Part shown: positions 12,004 to 22,751 of the stretch, piece after piece
Numbering within the stretch: the stretch's first letter is position 1
How the letters are laid out: every line of letters starts with the position of its first letter
Origin: Eledone cirrhosa
Lineage: Eukaryota
Direction: 5' to 3'
DNA length: 64,000 bases
NCBI GenBank assembly: GCA_964016885.1
Contig: OZ024740.1
Location: 409,758,001 to 409,822,000 of the forward strand
The notes under the pieces: generated by a model
The model's input: the letters and a program-made list of their open reading frames with translations, nothing else
Databases searched by the model: none
Told to the model about the DNA's origin: nothing
Position numbers and translations under genes: made by a program

Positions 12004-14980
12004 CTACAGGCTTATAAACAGAGAAGGCCCAATCACTCGGGCCATTTTCGCTTCATTCACCCACCTTTCAGTAAATTTACTGGGGTGCAGTGCCTCTCTC
12101 TCCACCCTAATTCTCCTTCTAAAGTGATACTTAAAGAAGGGAATCAATTGTTGTCCGGAGAGAAAGGCATCTGTCCTCAGTCCTCTCAACCTCGTCCACC
12201 ATATAACTTCTTTCACCATAGCCACCGTACAGAGGAAAACCGCCTCTCTTTCGTTTTTGAAAGAGGCTGGCGGTTTGATCCTTACTATGGACTCGGCAGT
12301 CAACTAGATTTGTCCCATACGCGACAGCAGTTCTGCGTAGTTCCACAGGTCGCTTACGCCCGGGCAGTGTACAATTGCGTGCAGAACTGTTTCAATGTCC
12401 TGCGCACATCTTGGACACGTCCTCTTGGAAGGATCCCTGCCAGGGCGTCCGTGCCTGTTGATCTTGTCACGAACCGGTAGAGCTCCTCGGTAATACTGCC
12501 AGGCCAGGGACCTCTGGAAGTTGTCCATAGGTCCCGGGCGGAAAGTCCTACCAAACAGACGGGTGAGCTCATCGTCTTCGACGCCCAGAGTCTCTCCGAG
12601 CACGTCGTCGCCCTTGTAACGTACAATCCCTCTATAGAATGTCGAAGTGAAGTCTCCACTGATTGCTGCGCCCGCTTGCCAGAGGACTGTGAGCGCCTGA
12701 GCGCATTCAATGTGCCAGGCGCCCATCGTTTTCGGTCTATTCTTCACCCAGGACTGCAGCTCCGTTAGCGAGACGAGCTGTGGGAAAGCCTGTCTCACAA
12801 ACGGTGCCCACACCGGTTGGGGGTCGGTGAGGAATACCTGGAGATGCCGCAGCCTCAGCGCATGTTTGCGCATCATCAGCCACGGCATTCCCAGCCCTCC
12901 GTTGGAAGGGTGCTGACAGCAGACGGATCTCCTCACCAGCGGAGCCTGCTTCTTCCACAGAAACTGGAAGAGCATGCGTTCCATCTTGGCGAGGTGTTCA
13001 CGGGGACAAGGCATGACAGTCAAGCGGTAGTAGATGACGGACGCTATGAAAGTGTTCGCCACCTCCGCTCGACCTTTCAAGGACAGTTTGCACTCTGCCC
13101 ACTTCTGAGTGAGTGCAAACACCTTGGCTGTGACCTCGTTCCAGTTTTTCTCCACCTGGAGGTCTGGACCAAACCAGACCCCGAGCAATTTCACCGGTCC
13201 GTCCGTCCAGCGTCCAACGACGCTGTCGGATGTCATCGGTTTGCCTCTCCACGTACCGAGTTGAAAACCGACAGACTTGTCTGGGTTTAGTTTTGCTCCC
13301 GTCAGCGTTTCGTATTCTTTCAGTAAGTTGCCGATCACCCCGATTTCCGAGGTGCTCGACACCATTACCGTTACGTCGTCGGCATAAGCCGACGCTGCTT
13401 TGCGCAGTTCCGGTTCTAGGGGGATGCCCTGCAACAGCTCCAATTTCCGCAGTAGTGGCTCTAGAGTCAATACATACAGAATGGAGGAGAGAGAGCATCC
13501 CTGTCGAATGGAACGCGTGATTGCGAACGGCTCCGATAGGTAGCCGTTCACCTTGACCCTCGAGCAGATGCTGGTGTGCATCGCCTCGATCCATCCTCTG
13601 AACACGGGACCGTAACCGACCGTCTTGAGAACCGCTTCCAAGTATCGATGGTCGACCCTATCGAATGCCTTAGACTGATCCAAGTTGATCAGAGCCCCAC
13701 CGAAGCCGGGTTTACTACCCACCCTCTCTATGATGTATCGCATGAGGTGGAGGTTGTCGTGTATGGACCTGGTAGGGATTGCACACGTTTGCGCTTTCCC
13801 TACCAGGTTCTCGACGACAAGCGCCAACCTCGTCGCTAGCACCTTGGCCAAAATCTTTAACTCTGTGTTGAGCAGAGTTATGGGCCTGAAGTTGTTAATT
13901 TCGTCCCCCTTGTTCTCGTATTTCCTGATCAGCGTTACTACGCCCTTGCCTGCAGAACTGGGAATTCTCCCGTTCTGCTGCCAATTGCAGTAGACGGCTT
14001 CGAGGACGCCAGAGAACAAGTCCGGCATGCCTATGTAAAATTCGTAGGGTAGACCATCTAGACCGGGTGACTTGCGTTTCCCGCAGCGGCCCAGAGCGTC
14101 CCGTATCTCAGTGTCCGTGATCGGTCTTTCGCAGAACTCGGCGTCCGTGTTCGAGAGACGCGGCAGGCCGTCGAGGTATGAACTAAAGTCCATTTCCCCG
14201 TTCGGCTCACCGTCGTTCTGCTCAAACAGTCGCGCAAAGTGCCGCTGAAAGGTCGCGTACATTTGCTTGGGGTCAAGTAGCACACGTCCGTTTTGGTCTT
14301 TCAAAGACCGAATCGTGGACTTGTTGCCACTTTTTGCCTCCGCCACTCGGGCCCAGCTGACAGCTTTCGCTCCTTCGTTTCCTAGAGCACGTGTTTTGCT
14401 TCTGACCACGCAGCCTTCGTGTTTCGCATCGAAGAACTGGTCCAGTGCCGTTCTCGACGCTAACACTCTAGCCGCGTTGCCACTTCTAAGTGCCTCCTCT
14501 ACCTTGGCTACTAGTTCTCTTTCTATTCTGTTTTTCTCTAAGGCTAACTCTCTGCTATACCCTATCGATTCTATTCTAATTGCTTTCTTGAGAGAGTACC
14601 ACCATCTATTGTTGACGATGGCTCCCGTTAACTGTTGCTTGACTAGTCTACTTATCCGTTGACTGTAAGCTTTACGTGCCGGCAACGACACGTTCAGCTT
14701 CCAGTATCCGGGACCCTGTCTATGTATTCTATCACGGTTGACTAGGCAGACGACTAACTTGTGATCTGAATAGGCAACCATGTGCATTCGTGGACAGCTT
14801 AACATCTCCTTGTCCCTTTCTCTAATGAAGAACCTATCTAAATACGATCTAGATGTCCCACTGCGGTTTACCCACGTCCACTGTGGTGCAGTCGGGAAAT
14901 CCAGTCGATACCTATCGGCCAGTTGGAATTGGCCGATTAAAGTTTTGAGGCTGTTGCACCCCGCTCCACTTGGACATGCT
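12004..14980 (-). pseudogene. ORF2 (partial APE, RT, CCHC) of element B
   Basis: 833-aa ORF plus a continuation after the in-frame stop at 12304. Confidence 0.88.
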
Positions 14981-16256
14981 CATGGGGTAAGGGTATGCTG
15001 TGTGGTGGTGGTGGTGTTTCGGTATGTGTGTTTGTGGTAGTGTTTGATGGAGTGGGATGGAGTGGGGATGTATTCTTCAGGGGTGTTGTCTCTGTTTTTT
15101 CTGTTGTTGTTGTTGTTGGTTGAGTGTCTGTTTGTTTTGGTGTGGTTGCTCGTTTCGTCTGTCGTTGTACTTGTGGTGGTGGTGGTTGTTTTGGTGTTGG
15201 TGTTGGTGTTTGTGGACAAGAGGCTTTTAGGTGAGCTGTGCTACCACAGCGAAAGCAATGAAATTTTCGTCCTTCTACCGAAATGTTTATTTTGTTGTTA
15301 TTATCAATAACGACTCTTTCGGGTATTTTGGCGATTCTCTCCGGTTTCATTTGCAACAGAATCTCCAAATCTGTGCCCGCCCACCTTTGTCGAATAGATT
15401 TTCGTATCGAAAGTATTATGTCTGTTTCTGGCTCTACGAAGCCAGCCAAGATCCACCAGATGTTAATGTTTGGAGGTATGATTTTTATTTTTATTTTTTG
15501 TGTCCTTTTCCCCATGTATGTAGGGAAAAAGGTGTATGCTTTTGACACTATTGGTGTCACAGAGTTTTTTGGGGCGAGTGCCTCGCTTTTAAACAGTACG
15601 GAAACACTTCCGTACTGTTTTCCTCGCTGGAGAAAATCGACATTTGCTAGAATTTCCTTGAAAGAATCTTCTATATCTGCTTGATTAACAAATGTCGGCT
15701 TTCTTGTCGAATTTGACACAGACGGAAAAGTGACTGATCTGCGGTTTGTGTCTTCCTTTATTTCAAGGGGTGAGTTAATTCTAAACCCACCTCTTTCTTC
15801 GAAAGTTACAAATTTTCTCCCTTGCCGGAGCATATCTCTTGCGTTGGAGATATCAAGATTTATAAAATCTTGTTTTTTGATCACTGATTCAGCGAAAGAC
15901 ATTTTCTTTTTTTGTGTGGTGTTGCTGTTGATGATGTTGTTATTGTTGTTGGAAATTTCAGTTCCTTGTCGAGGTGAAACTTTATGTGTAGATGTATCTG
16001 TAGAGTTGTTGATGTCTTTTTCATGTGTATGTATGTCAATGGGTTTTTTTGCTGTGTTTTCCTGTGTGTTATTGTTATTTTTCTCCGCTTCGGCGGTAGA
16101 AATTGTAAAATTTTCAAATATTAATATAATTTTTTCTTTTGTGACAGTTGTATCTATGGCCACGTCCATAGTAGCAGAAGCAGATATAATGTTAATATCT
16201 GCCTCTTTCTCTCTCTTTTCTCTATTAACGTTCTCCAGCGTTCTAGTGTTGCTCAA
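14937..16256 (-). pseudogene. ORF1 (gag-like, CCHC knuckle) of element B, truncated
   Basis: 439-aa ORF homologous to ORF1 of C, D and E (FFPTYMGKRTQKI, SVEGR, CX2CX4HX4C). Confidence 0.85.
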
Positions 16257-16757
16257 GTTTTTTACTTTGTAAAATCTGATATTTTAAAACAAATTTTTAA
16301 AATAAAATTTTCGCGAAAATCTGATATTTTAAAACAAATTTTTAAAATAAAATTTTCGCGAAAATGGGATTACTACCCAGCTGACAATTCAGCTTGGGGG
16401 TTAATCTACAAAGTGTTGTATTTTTTCAAATCATTAGATCGGTTTTTTGCATAGAAATTAACAAAAAACTTACCGGCGATGTTCCACACGTCAGACAGAA
16501 AGAGAGATAGATAGATATATTTCTTTATTAGCCACAGGGGCACAAAAGAAGGGGACAAATACAAAGGGGGAAGTTTACATACAATAAAAACGTGTAAAAT
16601 TTTATCACAAATGAAATTTAAAAAGTTAATCGATTTTCCCCAATAGAGGGAGACAGTTTATATGGGTAACACATACCCCCGAAAAAAATGTGTAACCCTC
16701 ATCTCCAGGAGGACGAAGAGTTTGTACACCCTTCCTCTCCTCCTCCTTTTCCTCAAC

Positions 16758-19700
16758 CTACAGGCTAATATAGAGAGAAGACCCATTCACTCGGGCCATT
16801 CTCGCCACTTTCACCCACCTTTCATAAAACTTGCTGGGGTACAGCACCTCTCTCTCCATCCTGATTCTTCTTCCAAAGTGGTATTTGAAAAAAAGAATCA
16901 GTTGTTGTCCGGAGAGAAATGTGTCTGACCTCAGCCCTTTTAACGTCGTCCACCATACAACCTCTTTCGCCATAGCTATCACACAAAGGAAAACCGCCTC
17001 TCCTTCGTTTTTGAAGGGGGGTGGCGGTTTGATCATGACAATGGACTCGGTGGTCAACTGGATTGGTCCCACCCGCGACAATAGTCGTTCTACATAGCCC
17101 CACAGGTCAGTGACGCCCGGGCAGTGTATGAATGCGTGCGCGACGGTTTCTTCGTCTCGCACGCACCTCGGACAGATCTTTTTTGCAGGGTCCCTGCCCG
17201 GGCACCCATGTCTGTAGAGCTTGTCTCGAACTGGTAGAGCTCCTCGGTAGCACTGCCAGGCCAGGGACTTTTGGAAGTTGTCCATCGGTCCCGGGCGGAA
17301 GGTCCTACCGAACAGACTGGCCAGTTCATCTTCCTCTACGCCTAGAGTTTCACCGAGCGCGTCGTCGCACTTGCTGCGGACCAACCCTCTATAGAATGAC
17401 GAAGTGGAGTCTCCACTGATCGCCGGGTCCGCCTGCCAGAGGGCTGTGAGCGCCTGAGCACATTCGATGTGCCAGTCGCCCATTTTCCTCGGTCTCTGCT
17501 TGACCCAGGACTGCAGCTCGGTCAGCAAGACGAGTCGTGGGAAGGCTCGCCTCACGAACGGGGCCCACACCGGTTGTCCGGTGAGGAATACGTAGAGATG
17601 CCGCAGCCTGAGCGCGTGTTTGCGCATCGTCAACCACGGCATCCCCAGCCCTCCGTTAGAAGGGTGTTGGCAGCAGATGGATCTTCTTACCAAAGGAGCC
17701 CGCCTCTTCCAAAGGAATCGGAAGAGGGCGCTCTCCATTTTGGCGAGCGTTTTGGCTGGACAAGGCACGACGGTCAAGCGGTAGTAGATGGCGGACGCTA
17801 TAAAAGTGTTCGCCACCTCCGCTCGACCTTTCAAGGATAGTTTGCACTCGGCCCACTTCTGGGTGAGTGCAAACACCTTGGCCGTCACTTCGTTCCAGTT
17901 CTTCTCCACCTGGAGGTCCGGACCAAACCAGACCCCGAGCAGCTTTACCGGTCCTTCCGTCCAGCGTCCGACGACGCCATCGGAGGGCATCGGTCTGCCT
18001 CTCCACGATCCGAGTTGCAAACCGATGGACTTGTCCCGGTTCAGCTTCGCTCCTGTGAGACTTTCGTATTCCTTTAGTAAGGTGCCGACTTTCTCGATTT
18101 GCGAGGCGCTCGACACCATTACTGTCACGTCGTCGGCGTAGGCCGACGCCGCTTTCCGCAGTCCCGGTTCCAGAGGGATGCCCTGCAATAGCTCCAGCTT
18201 CCGCAGTAGTGGCTCGAGAGTCAGTACGTACAGAAGGGAGGAGAGAGGGCATCCCTGTCGAATGGATCGCGTAATATGGAACGGCTCCGAGAGGTAACCG
18301 TTCACCTTGACCCTTGAGCAGATGTTGCTGTTGTGCATTGCAGCAATCCAGCCCCTGAACACGGGTCCGAAGCCTGCCGCCTCGAGCACCGCATCCAGGT
18401 AACGATGGTCAACCCTATCGAAAGCCTTAGACTGATCCAAGTTGATCAGGGCCCCACCGAAGCCGGGTTTACACCCTACCCTCTCTATGATGTATCGCAT
18501 GAGGTGGAGGTTGTCGTGTATGGACCTGGTCGGGATCGCGCATGTCTGCGCTTCTCCCACCAGGTTCTCGACGACAAGCGCCAGCCTCTTTGCCAACACC
18601 TTGGCCAAAATCTGTAACTCTGTGTTTAGCAGAGTTATGGGCCGGAAGTTGCCTATGTCATCCCCCTTATTCTCGTCCTTCCTGATTAGTGTGACCACGC
18701 CCCCGGTTACAGAACTGGGAATTCTCCCGTTCTGTTGCCAGTTGCAGTAGACCGCTTCCAGGAGACCGGAGAATAAGTCCGGCATTGCTACGTAAAATTC
18801 GTAGGGTAGACCGTCGAGACCTGGAGATTTGCGTTTGCCGCATTGGCTCAGCGCGTCCCCTATCTCAGTGGCTGAAATCGGCTTTTCGCAGAACTTCGCC
18901 TCGCTGTCCGAGAGTCGCGGTAGGCCGTCGAGGTATGGACCGAAATCCATAGCCTCTCCCGGCGCGCCGCTCCCCCCGAACAGCCGAGCAAAGTGCCGCT
19001 GAAAAGCCGCACACATCTGCTTCGGCTCACGTATCACGCGTCCGTTTTGGTCCTTCAAAGACCGAATCGTGGACTTGTTGCCACTTTTTGCCTCCGTCAC
19101 TCGGGCCCAGCTAACAGCTTTGGCTCCCTCGTTTCCCAGAGCACGTATTTTGCTTCTGACAACGCAGCCCTCGTGCTTTGCGTCGAAGAACTGGTCCAAG
19201 GCCGTTCTCGTTGCTAGCACGCTGGCTACGTTGCCACTTCTAATTGCCTCTTCTACTTTATCTACCAGTTCCTTCTCGGTTCTATTTCTATCTAACGCTA
19301 ATTCTTTACTAAAAACTATCGAGTCTAATCTAACTGCCCTCTTGAGAGAGTACCACCATCTGTTGTTGACAATGGTCCCTGTCAAGTGCTGTTTAACTAA
19401 AGTGCTAATCCGTCTACTGTAGGCTTTGCTTGTCGGTAACAACAAGTTCAGCTTCCAGTAGCCGGGTCCTTGTCTATGGGTTCTATCAAGGTTGGCCATG
19501 CAGGTCACTAGTTTGTGATCTGAATAGGCAACCATGAACATTTGTGGACAGCTTAACATGTCCCTATCCATATTTCTAACTAGAACCCTATCTAGGTACG
19601 ATCTAGATGTTCCGCTACGATTACTCCACGTCCACAGTGGCGCAGTCGGAAAATCTAGTCGATATCTATCGGCCAGGTCAAATAGGTCGATTAACTGTTT

Positions 19701-20192
19701 GAGGCTGTTACACCCCCTTTATCGGGACATGCTGCCACATAGTCCCAACGTGCATCTAGGATTCCATTCCAGTCCCCCACTAAAAGCAAGGAGCGGGACG
19801 TTCCCAGAAAAGTCTCTAGACGTTTGAAGAAGTCTGGCCGCGGTGTCCCGGATGGGGCATATGCGGCCACCAGCCTGAACGCTCCACCTTCACTACCGTC
19901 AACGTCTAGGACCACCAGTCGACCCTCCGGGTCCAGATGTACCGTCTGTGTTACGAGGCCCAGGTGTTTCCGCAGCAAAACGGCAACTCCGCCCCCACCC
20001 CCCGGTTGACAGAGAGATGCGTAGATCAAAATCATCGAAGATGGGGGCCAGCTGTCGCTCGCCGTGGATCCTGGACTCGCAAATGGCTACCACATCCATA
20101 CTGTGCGACCTGAGGTCGTTTAAGAGTTTGCCCTGTTTCCAGGGCATCCCCAGGCCGCGTACGTTCACACATCCAACTCTTATATTGGCCAT
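16758..20192 (-). pseudogene. ORF2 of element C (frameshifts in the APE domain)
   Basis: MANIRVGCVNVRGL...CES, GDWN, SDH, YADD, CPRC; frameshifts near 20030 and 19715. Confidence 0.9.
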
Positions 20193-20225
20193 GTTGGTGC
20201 TGAAAAGTTAAAAGAGGAAAAGAGA

Positions 20226-22143
20226 TCACTCACCCTTCGCCTCCTGGGGACCAGGCCGCACGATTTCCATGGGGGTGTTGGAGGGGTTGTCTGGATGGGT
20301 GGTGGTTTCCGGCGGGGTGGGGACGCAGATGTTTGGTGGGGTGGGGTCTGGTGGGATGGGGGTGTCTGGGGTGGGGAGGCATTTGAGAAGGACGCGGTTG
20401 AGTGGTTTCACGCAGGAATTCCCCACATCCTTCTCAAATGTTTCTTTTAGGGACCTATAAGTTTGTATAGGGACCCTAATCAGTTTTAGGTTCAGTTTTT
20501 TGCTATTTTTTATAGAGTGGGCGAAAGTTTTCCCTTCGGTGAAAACCGAAGGGTCGTTCGTGATGGTCTCCATTAGTGTTTTGTTTTCAGTGTTTATGTA
20601 AGTGTAAGTGTAATTTTCTTGTGTTGTGTTTGTTTTTGTCTGTAGTTCTTGTGTGTGCTTTCGTTTTGTTGTAGGTATTTTGTTTTCAGGAGGTGGGGGG
20701 TTTTGTTTGTGATATTTTTGTTGTTTGTGTTGGTGGTTGTATGTTTGTGGTAGTGTTTGCTGGTTTTTTGCTTTTGTGATGTCTTTTCTTTCTTTTCGAG
20801 CGATGGGGTTCTCCCTCGTCTTCACTGGGTGATGGCGAGATAGCCTCATCTGTTGTATCGTCTGTGTGATTGGGGAGGGGTATGTCTTGGGGAGCTGTTG
20901 TGTCTGTATGTGATTTTGCAGTGGTTTTAGGTGGAGTGGGGTTGGGTGGGACTGTGTTTGTTGTGGTTATTTTTGTGTGTTGGTGTTGTTGTTGTGGTGG
21001 TGGTGTTGGTGGTTGTGTTGTTTTGATGGGTGTCGGCAGAAGAGCCTTTTTTTGGTTCATTAGTTTAAGACAGGAAGCCCTCAGGTGACCCTTGCTAAAG
21101 CAATGGTAACATGAAGGCCGCCTACCCTCAACCGAAAGGTTTATGTAGGTGAGTCCGTCCAGGAGTACACGCTGTGGGATCATAGCTATTCGCTCTGGGC
21201 TCATTTGCACCAGAACTTCAATGCTAGTCCCATTGAATACATCTCTGGGGGACTTGCCTACTGACAGTATTCTGTCTTCATCAAAATTGATGAAGCCGCA
21301 CAGTATCCACCATATGTTCACCTTTGGTGTGACACTTGTGATTCTGATCTTTTGAGTCCTTTTTCCCATGTATGTAGGGAAAAAGGTGTACAGGTTGGAT
21401 ACAATTGGCGACACAGAGTAATTTTGGGCCGTCAATTGATCCTTCATCAGTACCGAAATACTCCCAAAAAGTTTGCTTCTTTGAATGAATGCAATATCAT
21501 TCATTGAATCTTTGAAAACCAGTTCAATATCTTTCTGTGACAATTGGACTGGTTTTCGGGTAGAATTGGAAACTGTCCTAAAAACTATCGTTTTGAGAGC
21601 AGTTTCCTTGCGAATTTCTACCGGAGAATTGATGCTGAAAGCACCATTTTTTTCGAAGGTGACATATCTCTTAGCGTCCTTTAAAGGGTGTTCAGCATTT
21701 GTTATGTCGAGATATATCAATTGTTCTTTCTTTTGAACTTTCTCCGCAAAGGAGATTTTTGGTTTCTTTGTGGAATCCGTATTGGTGGTGTTGTCATTAT
21801 TGTTGTTATTGTTGTTGTTATTCTTGTTGTCACCGATGTTGGTATCATCCGTATTTTCCTTGGTGTTGTTGTTGTCTTTGATGCTGGTGTTATTGGCGTT
21901 GTCTTTATTTTTTTCTTTGTTGTTGTTATCATTGTTGCTTTTATCATCATTATTGGTTTTGCTGTTATTTTTGTTGTCATTGAACTGTTTGGTGTCATTT
22001 GTGTTGTTTGGATATGAATTCGTTTTTATATTTTCATTTTGTCTTTCCATCTCTATAGTATCTAGTGAAGAAGACGTTGTTGACTGCGAGCTTTGTAGTC
22101 TTACCGCCTCTCCACCACCATTATCGTTGGACGCAGCGTTCAT
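20226..22143 (-). pseudogene. ORF1 of element C (one homopolymer frameshift near 20695)
   Basis: N-rich N-terminus, CYHCFSKGHLRASC knuckle, P/T-rich tail. Confidence 0.88.
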
Positions 22144-22751
22144 AACGTAATCAAAATTTTACAATATTTTTTCCAAGATTCGATGGAGAAAAATTTTTTA
22201 AATGGATATTCCGCCCCTGAAGGGGCGAAAATGAGTTGACCCACCAGCTGAAGGTCCAGACGGGTTGTCAAGTTACACAATGATATAAAATTTAACTAAA
22301 AACTCACGTTTTTTTCTTACATAAATTAACGGAAACTTCTCCGCGACGTGACACACGACTGATAGATAAATATATTTCTTTATTAGCCACAGGGGCACAA
22401 AAGAAGGGGACAAATACAAAGGGGGAAGTTTACATACAATAAAAACGTGTAAAATGTTATCACAGATGGAATTTAAAAGTTAGTCGATTTTCCCCAGTAG
22501 AGGGAGACAGTTTATATGGGTAACACATACCCCCGAAAAAAATGTGTAACCCTCATCTCCAGGAGGACGAAGAGTTTGTACACCCTTCCTCTCCTCCTCC
22601 TTTTCCTCAACCTACAGGCTGATATAGAGAGAAGGTCTATTCCCTCGGGCCATTCTCGCCACTTTCACCCACCTTTCATAAAACTTGCTGGGGTACAGTA
22701 CCTCTCTCTCCATCCTGATTCTTCTTCCAAAGTGGTATTTGAAAAAAAGAA

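Larger units (their letters stand above)
11769..16496 (-). mobile_element. Tx1-type element B (subfamily 2); internal deletion removes the ORF1 3' end and the endonuclease N-terminus
   Basis: ORF1 has CFRCGSTAHLKASC; ORF2 has SYLD, SDH, YADD and CPRC; deletion junction near 14980; 45-bp tandem duplication at 16271-16360; 3' end abuts (TAGA)3. Confidence 0.93.
16520..22360 (-). mobile_element. Tx1-type element C (subfamily 1), full length
   Basis: 5'UTR, ORF1, 33-nt spacer, ORF2 (APE-RT-CCHC), 3'UTR with AATAAA; GATA repeats at both ends. Confidence 0.95.

Noticed and set aside
17656-18750. Alternative-frame and antisense ORFs recurring in every Tx1 copy
   Set aside because: By-products of GC-rich ORF2 codons repeated because the copies are homologous; no recognisable domains
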